From an uncultured Clostridia bacterium (GTDB lineage: Bacteria > Bacillota > Clostridia > Christensenellales > UBA1242), in the NCBI GenBank assembly GCA_944380265.1, contig CALWGY010000004.1, positions 44,769 through 108,768 on the forward strand: a DNA stretch of 64,000 bases, written 5' to 3'. The notes below the pieces were generated by a model. The model saw nothing but the letters and a program-made list of their open reading frames with translations. It made no database searches and was not told the origin of the DNA. The position numbers and the translations under genes are program-made. Shown here piece by piece: positions 1-9,000 of this stretch; within the stretch, counting starts at the first letter, position 1, and each line of letters starts with the position of its first letter.

Positions 1-2
1 AA

Positions 3-434
3 CGTACACATGGAATTGCAGAAACAGGCGAAATAGATTATGAAACCGCAAATGCTATTGGTGTTAGTTTAAATTCGCAAAATTCCAACGACTTATATTT
101 GCTTGCAAAATGCATTCATGCCGAAGCACGTGGCGAAATTTATGTTGGAAAAGTGGCTGTTGGTGCAGTTATTTTAAACCGAGTTGCAAGCCCGGATTTT
201 CCTAACACAATTTATGGCGTTATTTATCAGCCATGGGCTTTTACGGCTGTTCATGATGGACAAATTAATCTAGAACCCGACAGCGAAGCATATCAGGCAG
301 CACAAGATGCCCTTAGTGGTTGGGACCCAACTTATGGAAGTTTGTATTATTACAATCCAGATGTTGCAACTTCAAGTTGGATTTGGTCTAGACAAGTTGT
401 TACAACAATTGGTAAACATGTTTTTGCAATTTAG
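3..434 (+). CDS. sleB: SleB-type spore cortex-lytic cell wall hydrolase, C-terminal portion (5' end outside window)
   Basis: The frame is open from the window edge, so the ORF-track TTG at 99 is an internal codon. LLAKCIHAEARGE..GAVILNRV..IYQPWAFTAV..YYYNP matches the SleB/CwlJ hydrolase domain. The preceding TGEIDYETANAIGV looks like the end of a peptidoglycan-binding repeat. A ypeB-like gene follows 9 nt later. Confidence 0.8.
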   Translation, partial: RTHGIAETGEIDYETANAIGVSLNSQNSNDLYLLAKCIHAEARGEIYVGKVAVGAVILNRVASPDFPNTIYGVIYQPWAFTAVHDGQINLEPDSEAYQAAQDALSGWDPTYGSLYYYNPDVATSSWIWSRQVVTTIGKHVFAI

Positions 435-443
435 GAGGAATGA

Positions 444-1769
444 ATGAAAAATAAAGGTTTAATTATTGGTTTGTGGATAACGGTTGGCATAACATTTTTG
501 GCAACACTTGCGGCACTTGTTGTGTTTATTGTTACAACAAACACATATCAAACACAACTTGAAAATTTGTATAAACGAAGTTTTTATGAACTTAGTTCAA
601 ACATTAATGATTTGGAAGTTGACATGAGTAAGCTTGTTGCTGTTAACGACACAACCACAAAGCGTGAAGTTTTAACTAACATATATAACAGTTGCACTAT
701 GGCAAACAACAACATTTCAAATTTGCCAATTTCCAACAACAAAATTGAAAAAGTTAATGCTTTTATTAACACTTTGGGTGGTTACACATATAGTTTGTTA
801 ACAAAAGTTAACGACAACGTTGATTTTAGTGACTATGACTATGAAAAAATTGAGGAACTACACACTGCAAGTTTAAATTTGAAAGCGGAATATAATTCAT
901 ACATTTCAACACTAAAATTTGATTATAATATTATTAACGATGTTGATTTTTCTAGCGGTGATAATTCAAGTTTTAATGCGGGTTTTGTTAACTTGGAAAA
1001 TTCAAAAGTTCCAACACTTATTTATGATGGACCATTTTCTGATTCAGTTTTAAACAAGGAAGTTAAAGGACTTCCAAACTATGAAGTTTCAAAAGAAGAT
1101 GCCGAACAAATTGTTAAAGAAAAACTTGCATTTTTAGAAGTTAAAAACATCTCACTTGCAGGCGAAAGTGATGGTGAGTTTTACACATATAATTTTAATG
1201 TTGAAACCCAAAATTCAAAACTGTTTGTGCAAGTAACAAAGCAAGGTGGTGTGCTTTTGGATATTACTGGTTATGGCACTGGTGGAACTGAAAATTTAAG
1301 TAGTAACCAAGCAATAACATTGGCAGAAACATTTGCAACAAATTTAGGCTATGAAAACATGCACCAAGTTTGGTATGCTGAAAACAAAAACATTATGTAT
1401 GTTAACCTTGCACCAATTGTCCAAGGTGTTATATATTATCCAGATTTGGTTAAAGTTAAGGTTGATAAAACCATGGGGCAGGTTATTGCATTAGAAGGCA
1501 AAAATTATTGCTATAATCATGTTGAACGAAGTTTAAATTCGCCTAAAATATCATTTGATGATGCACAAAGCAAACTTAGCAAAGCCCTGAGTGTGAAAGA
1601 GAGAAATTTGACATTAATACCAAACAAATTTGTTGGCGAAACTTTAACATATGAATTTATTTGCACATGGAAAGACTACACATATTATGTTTATATTGAT
1701 GTTGAAACAGGTGAAGAAGTTAACATTTTAAGAATAATTAAAACCACATCTGGCGATTTAATAATTTAA
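444..1769 (+). CDS. ypeB: YpeB-like germination protein (N-terminal TM anchor, PepSY-type C-terminal region)
   Basis: AGGAGG lies just upstream of ATG 444. There is an N-terminal TM helix (LIIGLWITVGITFLATLAALVVFIV). The gene sits immediately downstream of sleB, as in known sleB-ypeB operons. Its size and general sequence character fit YpeB. Confidence 0.7.
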   Translation: MKNKGLIIGLWITVGITFLATLAALVVFIVTTNTYQTQLENLYKRSFYELSSNINDLEVDMSKLVAVNDTTTKREVLTNIYNSCTMANNNISNLPISNNKIEKVNAFINTLGGYTYSLLTKVNDNVDFSDYDYEKIEELHTASLNLKAEYNSYISTLKFDYNIINDVDFSSGDNSSFNAGFVNLENSKVPTLIYDGPFSDSVLNKEVKGLPNYEVSKEDAEQIVKEKLAFLEVKNISLAGESDGEFYTYNFNVETQNSKLFVQVTKQGGVLLDITGYGTGGTENLSSNQAITLAETFATNLGYENMHQVWYAENKNIMYVNLAPIVQGVIYYPDLVKVKVDKTMGQVIALEGKNYCYNHVERSLNSPKISFDDAQSKLSKALSVKERNLTLIPNKFVGETLTYEFICTWKDYTYYVYIDVETGEEVNILRIIKTTSGDLII

Positions 1770-1854
1770 AAAGCATATTAAACAAAGTTTTTGTGTTTTG
1801 TATTCGTTGCCAAATTAACGAAAATTAGGTATAATTTACGATAAGGAGTAAGTT

Positions 1855-2946
1855 ATGAACAAGGATTGGGACGAAAACGCACTTTCGCAACTTCGTATTC
1901 ATGAGTTGCGTGATTTGGCACGTAAAATTGGTGTTAAATGTCCAACAGCATTAAAAAAAGAAGATATTATTAATAATGTAATTCAAATTTTAAATGGCGA
2001 GGCTGAACCATACAAAGCAACAAATAAAAAGGGCAGACCAACAAAAAGTGGAAAGCAACTTGACACAATTATGGATTTGTTTTTGCCAGATGAAAACAGT
2101 TTGGTTGCAGATTTATCACCAAAAGAAGATGCGGATTTTGAATTTTGCGTTAATGCACCACAAATTGAATATAATGCAGAAGATAATGAAAAAGTTTGTG
2201 GATTGTTTGAATTAATTAAAAACAACTATGGCGTAATTAGAGTTAACAACTTTGTGTGTTCTAATAATGATGTTTTTGTGCATGAGTTGTTTGTTGTGAA
2301 CAACAATTTAAAATCAGGCGATTTTGTTGAAGCATATGTTAAAACAGTTATGCCAAACAAACCACGCACAGTAACCAAAATTATTAGTGTTAACAAAAAC
2401 ATTGTTAAAGGAAACAAAAACACTTCTGTTAATGTTTATAACGAAAAAACACTTTTGGCAGGAGATAGTTTGCTTGTGTTAAATTCGGAACTAAACACAA
2501 GCGAGCAAGCCACTAATTTGTTTAACAAAATTAATGATGGTGTTAAAATGTTTGTTTCTGCATATGAAAAAAACAAACTTGAAAGCAAAAATGATAATCA
2601 AATTTATGCATATGTTAATCAGTTTGCAGGATTTAATGATATTTATTGCTGTTACAACATGGCTTTTAACAGAGCAAATGTTTTATCAGAAAGCACAAGT
2701 GTAACAATGGTTGTAAATCAAATAAGTGCATATTTTAGAGCAGTTGAAACATTGTTTTCTGGCAAAGTTGATAGTGAGATAAAACTTTCATCTTTAACAA
2801 AAGAAGAAATTTTAAATAAGTTAAAAATTGCAAAGCAAAATGGTGTTAAAGTTGTTATTGTTGACACCTTAAAGCAAGAACCAAAAATTAAAGACTTTTT
2901 AGAATTTGAGCTAACAAAAGTTGTTGATGATGTTGTGTTTAATTAA
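1855..2946 (+). CDS. Rho-like protein: Rho_N helix plus OB/CSD-like RNA-binding block, no P-loop in the C-terminal half
   Basis: LSQLRIHELRDLARKIGVKCPTALKKEDIINNVIQIL resembles the Rho N-terminal domain. A basic linker KKGRPTKSGK follows. CGLFELIKNNYGVIRVNNF..DVFVHELFVVNNNLKSGDFVEAYV parallels the Rho cold-shock-like domain. No GxxxxGK[ST] occurs anywhere in the 363 aa. Confidence 0.55.
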   Translation: MNKDWDENALSQLRIHELRDLARKIGVKCPTALKKEDIINNVIQILNGEAEPYKATNKKGRPTKSGKQLDTIMDLFLPDENSLVADLSPKEDADFEFCVNAPQIEYNAEDNEKVCGLFELIKNNYGVIRVNNFVCSNNDVFVHELFVVNNNLKSGDFVEAYVKTVMPNKPRTVTKIISVNKNIVKGNKNTSVNVYNEKTLLAGDSLLVLNSELNTSEQATNLFNKINDGVKMFVSAYEKNKLESKNDNQIYAYVNQFAGFNDIYCCYNMAFNRANVLSESTSVTMVVNQISAYFRAVETLFSGKVDSEIKLSSLTKEEILNKLKIAKQNGVKVVIVDTLKQEPKIKDFLEFELTKVVDDVVFN

Positions 2947-3011
2947 ATTAATTGAAACATTTTAATTAACAAAAAAAATACAAAAACTTAATTTAAATAA
3001 AAATGATTAAT

Positions 3012-3046
3012 AAAAAAAGTTCTCTTAAATTTAAGAGAACTTTTTT
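3012..3046. terminator. Bidirectional intrinsic terminator between convergent genes
   Basis: 9-bp stem GTTCTCTTA/TAAGAGAAC (3019-3027/3032-3040), flanked by an A-run and a T-run. Confidence 0.8.
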
Positions 3047-3071
3047 GTTTTTAACCAAACCTAAATTATTA

Positions 3072-6000
3072 TTATCTAAATTTCAAATGACGTCTAATTA
3101 CAATAAACACAATTGTTAATGCAACAACAATAACTGAAACAACAACAATAATTATAATTGAGGTTGTGTTTAATGGTTCGTTTTTAGTTACTTTGTATGA
3201 TGTTATAAGTTTGTCGTCGGCACTAAAAATTTGAATCCAATATTCACGATTTTCAGTTAATGTGTAGGAAGAAATTGCGTTAGGGCTGTTTGCATTAATA
3301 ATAATTGATGGTTGACCTGTAATTGCAATGTAGCTTTCGCCAATTTGGTCATAAATAATTTTTGGGTTATAAGTTAATGTTATTGAACTTGTTGTTGAAG
3401 TTCCAAATGTTGTTGAACTGTAAATGTAAGGAACTTCGTTGTTAATCCAAACTTCAAAAGTGAATTCAACATTGCGGTTTAATGCGTTGTTAAATTGACT
3501 TAATGTTATTGTGTAATTGCCAGTTCCAAAACTTGCAGGACTTAACCATAGTTCGCTTGTTGAAGTTAGTGTGTGTGTTATGTCGGAGTTTTGTTTTAAC
3601 AATTTTGTAACTGTGAAGTTTGAATTTTGTGGAATGCTGAAACATGGAAGTGCAATGTTTTTGTTAATTATTGTGAAACAATATGTTGTTGTTACGGTTT
3701 CGTTTTGATTAATTCTGGCCTCAATTGTAACTTCATAGTATCCATGTTCATAGAACCTGTATTGATAGAAGCTTGTTCCAACATTTTCTGGTGTTATGGC
3801 TTGTCCGTTAAGTGTTGCGGAAATAACTGGGTCGGAATAATATAAGTAGCGGTTGGTTACTTCCAAAATAACTTCACCATTAAACACGCGGTTGTTAATT
3901 GGGTCTTCGTTGTTAATTGTGAACAACACATTATTAACCAAATTTATAACAAGTTCGTTGCTTAGTCCAAATGTTTGCTCATTTCCTGCAAGGTCATAAA
4001 GTTTAAATCTGTGAATGCCGGCATTTGTTATTGTTAGGGTGTTAACTTCATTAATGTCACTATAAATTGTTCTAATAAAGTTTCCGTTGTAGTAATAGTC
4101 AAGATAAATTAAGTTGCCCCTTAAATCTTCATAGTTTCCAGTTCCATTGTTGTATGCGTCCCATGTTAGTGTTATGCTTTCAACATTGGTTTTAATTTCG
4201 CCACTGGTTAAGTCAAGTGTGCCAATGGAACCTGCGTTGTCAATTGGATATGTTGCAGTAATTCCAGTAAAGCCCAAGCCTTGGTCGGATGTTACTTCAT
4301 CAACAAAAATTATTTCAATGTATCTTTCATAACCATAGTTGCTTGCACCATAAATTCTGTAAACTTTTTTAACAAGTCCGCCAGTTGGTTCTTCGCCCTC
4401 ATTGCCTTCTTCGCCTCCGCCTTCACCAGGCAAAACAACTTGTTCATATTCAATACCTTTGTTTTTGTTTGCTCTAAGTTCAATATATTTTTCGGAACCT
4501 GTTGGGTTGTTGAATGAAGATAGGGCATAGTATCTATATAAAACTTTTGTAACTCCATCAATAACAATGGTTGATGTTTTTGGAGAAGGGCGTAATATTT
4601 GTTCAAGTCCGTTATCAATTGTAACAACATCGTAAACAACAATTTCGCCAGAAACCAACTTAAAGTAAATGTTATATGATGTGTCGGTGTAGCCAAGTGC
4701 GTTTGTTATGCTTGCGGTGTATGTGCCACTTAAACCAACTTCATAACCATTTGCAATGTTGTTTATGTATTCGGTTTGTTGTCTGCCTGCGGCATCAACA
4801 TAGTCACGTTTCAAACTTACTTGTGAATTAAATGCATCATTAGAATCCCAAGTTATAACAAAGTTTTCGGTGTGAATTGTTGGCTCATTTGGGTTTTTAG
4901 AAGTTATAAGTTTTCCACCTGATAAGTTTCTAAGTTCAATTTCAGGTAGTGTTTTGTTTATTGCAAAATAGTATGTATATTTTGTGTTTGTTTTTTCAAC
5001 AACCAATTCAACGCGGAATTGTTTTATTGTGTTTTTCTCTTTATTTTCAAAAATTAAAGTTCTAACACCATCTGACACACCTTGTTCAGTTATGCCGTAT
5101 GTTGAAAAATCATTTTCTGAAATTGCATTGCCATATGTTCCTGTTTCAAAATCATATGGGAAAATTGATAGTAAATATAAGTTTGTTTGATAGTTTAATG
5201 TTACAGAACTTGCAGTGTGGTTAACGCCTTCATATTCAATGCTTGTGCCATAGTTTATGGTTCTAACATCGTTAACACCCATGCCTTTGTAATATGGAGG
5301 GTATTCTTCTTGGTCGCGTCCACGTTCAAACACGTCAATTAATTGGAACTTAAATTCGCCAAGCCCAAATGTGTATGTTCTGCCTTGCAAGCTTGCGCCA
5401 GTTGAGTATGATTTAACAATTGTGTTTCCACGAATGTCTTGAGATTGTTCAACCCAAGCACCGTTTGTGAATTTCCAAACATGGAATTCCTTAATATATG
5501 TGCTATCGTTATCGTTTGGAATGGTTATTGTGAATTCTGTTTGTGAAATGTCGGTGAAAATTGGTTCTAGCCTATCACCCGGAACACGATATGTTATTAC
5601 ATAGTTATTAGATAAACGGTTAACAAAAGTTATTGTTATTTTGTAACCATCTTTGGTTGTAACATCAGTAAATGCAAGTTCGTTGTTAATTAGTGTTAAA
5701 AATTCTGTCCAGCTGTTAGAGTTTTGCCTATCGTTAGGGTTGTTTGTAATAACTCTTCTGGTTGTGCCATATTCAATAATGCATTTGTAGAAGTAGTCGT
5801 TATTATATTGTCCCAAATCATTAATTGAAACAAATTTTAATTGATTACCCAAAATTTCAACTGTTGTTTTTTCTTCATTATCTTCAATGTATGGAATTTG
5901 ACCAGAATCGCTGTCGGTTTTTAGTGCTGGTTCAAAGGAATAGTTAATAACGTTTGAAGTGGAGTCTGGATTATAGTAAATTGCATAAACCTTGTAGTTT

Positions 6001-9000
6001 CCAGCTTCATCACGTTCAACAACTTCATAATAACCTCTGCCTTCGGTGAACACTAATGATGCTGGCAATTTTCCATCCAAGTCGTAAGTTCTAACTGAAA
6101 AACTTGGGTTGGATTCCGAAAACCTTATGTGGTTTGTGTTTCCTTCTTCATAATAGTTTTCATCATCTGGTGTGTAGGTTTTGTAATATTCAGGGAAGTC
6201 AACATCTTCATTTTTAGCACTTAATCTTCTAACATAAAGTTGAGTTGAATCTAAAACACCGCCAAGATTTTCGTTTTGTATAAATTCAAAATTTTCGTTA
6301 ACTGCAAAGAAGTATTGATCCATTCTTGCACTATCCAAACTTTCGCTTGCAGCAAATTTTTGATTATCTAAGTTAATTAAACTTTGATAATTATATTGTG
6401 GTTTAATTCTGTCTAGAATAATGTTAAATGTGCGTTTAAAGTAATTTTTGGTTTCTTGTCCTGGAATGTTAACAACATAATCGCTTTCGTTTCCAACATA
6501 TTGCAAAGTAACAATATATTCAATGTTTTGTGTTTTTGAAAGCAAATAATCTCTGTTGTCGCCAGTTCCACCCAAATATGCTTTGCCATTTTGCAAGTAT
6601 TCTTGTTCATCAAAAATTGTTAAAATGTAATATCCTGTTTCAGATTGTTCACCAGTTTCAGTGTCAATGCTGTCAGGAACAAATGTTAAAATGTCATCTG
6701 AACTTGAACTTGTTCCATTAAATATTGTGGTGGTTGAACCATTAACTTTTCGTTCAACCAAAATTGTTGTTGGGTCAACTTCGGCACGATATTGATCATC
6801 ATTTTTTCTAAATCTAAACCTTAATGAATCGTTGTTTAAGCTGTTAAATGTTATATTGTTTGTTGTGGTGGATTTTGCAGTTAAAAGCATGTCGCTTCTG
6901 TCTTCATCATTATATTTACTGTAATATTCACCAGTTGGACTTTCATGTGTTATTTGGAAACTAAATGTGAAACTATTGTTTACAGGGTCTTCTTTTGTTT
7001 CACTATCTAATTGTGATGTTCTGTTATCTGAATTATCATAAATTGTTACGTTATATGTAGATTCATTAACAAATCTTAAACTGTTATATCCGTTGTTTTG
7101 GGTTATTGTTACATATGATGAATTTATAATTGTTTCGTCGCCTGTATTGTCAATAACAATGTTGTTGTCGGATGTGGTTATTTTATATTTCAAATTAAAG
7201 TTTGTGCTGTTTTCTGTGCTGATTGTTGAAACATAATTTGAAATATCACCACTGCTTGTAACATCTGTTGATTGAGTTAGTGTTACGCGTGAATTATATT
7301 TATCAAATGGCACATAGAAATTAATTGGTAGTTTGTTACTGTTAAAAATTGTGTCTGATGCAAAAGCAATGTATTGTTGAATTTGCAAAGCAGTGTAGTA
7401 GGTTTCATAATTTCCAAGTGTGTTAGGATTTGAAAAGTTGAAAATTAATCCAGAACCTGTTTCATAAAGCATATTTGAACGGGTGGTTTGATAAATGTTT
7501 GCATCTTCAACTGATGGGTCAATTTCAATAATGCCATTCCTGTCAACATAATAAACGTAATATCTAATAACGCTATCATATTGATAATCGCCACCTTCTT
7601 TTGCTTCATATTCACGTTTAATAACATACATTCCAGGCCTTGTTACAATTGAACTGCCATCACTAACAGGGTTAATTACTTCTGTTACTGCTCTGTCTAA
7701 TTGAGGTTCACCATTTTCGGAAACTGTTAAGTTTGAAACTGCAAGACTTCTGTTTTCAATTGAAGGAGTTTTTGCAAATGGATATTTTGGATATGGAACA
7801 CCATTTTGTATTGATTGTGTGTAATCGCCAATGTATGTGTTATCTTCCGAACCTGTGTTTGTGTTAATTGTTATGTAACTAGATGGGTCATAATCGTAAT
7901 AAGTGTAGGTTACACTTTTAACATAATAATCAGAATCTGGGTCGCCCGGCAAATAGGTAAACCTTAATTGTGTGGCAGAACTTGTTCCTTCAATTAATGA
8001 AACAAGTTCGGGATCCTCAGGGAAAGTTCCATATGCAATGCCTTGGGCATTATCTAGGAACATTCTAATAAAACTGCTTCTAATGTTGCTTTTTGCAATG
8101 TTTGTTGCACTTGTTATGTGGGAAGCATCGGTTATGGAATAAGTGTAAATTTTGTTGTCGCCAGAAAAGAATGTTTGAATTTGAGTTGCATTTTCTGGTG
8201 CAACAGGGTAGATGTTAACACTGTTTCTAAATGATGAATTTTCTAAAACTAAAGTTTCTGTTTTTGTTGCACCGTTTGTTGTGTCGGTGTAAGTAACATT
8301 AAATTTGTTAATTGGAACACATAAGTAATAAACATTATCAATAAGTTTGAACAAATCTGGTTCGTTATCAATAATTTTTTGAAGTTCTGCGTTGTCAATA
8401 ATTTCGTTTTGAACAAGGGCATCAACCTTAATTCCTTTGTAATCGCCCCATGTTAGTTTGGCTTCTTTTGTTACAATGCCATAAGGGTTGTCAATTGGGT
8501 CAACTTCTGGTGTTTGTGCATCAGAATCAACAACAACATAAGGTTTGCTTAAATCATAAATAATATATTTTGTTGCTGTGTTTCCAGCTTCATCTGCCAT
8601 GTTGAAAATGTAAATATAAGATTTTTCATCTAAAAATGCATTATCACCCGAAACATTGTTTGAAGCAATGGAAGCATAATTTAGGTTGTAAATGTTGCCA
8701 CTGCTCATATTTTTAGAGTCAATTTGAAACTCGTTTTCAATAACAAGTTCTGAGTTTAAATTTTTAATTGTGCCAGCACTGTTGTTTGATGAATATGGAA
8801 TTTTGTAATAAATAGTTCTAATTGCTGCACCACTTGCTTTTTGTGAGTAGGTTAATGTGAATGGCTGGTTAATAATTGATGAGTTGTTAAAGTTAACTTG
8901 ATTTGGGTCGGTTACAATAACATAGTTGTAACTTCCAGAACTTGAAACATTACTTCTATAAATTGGCCTAATCATAATGTCGCTAATAGGGGTGGTGTCA

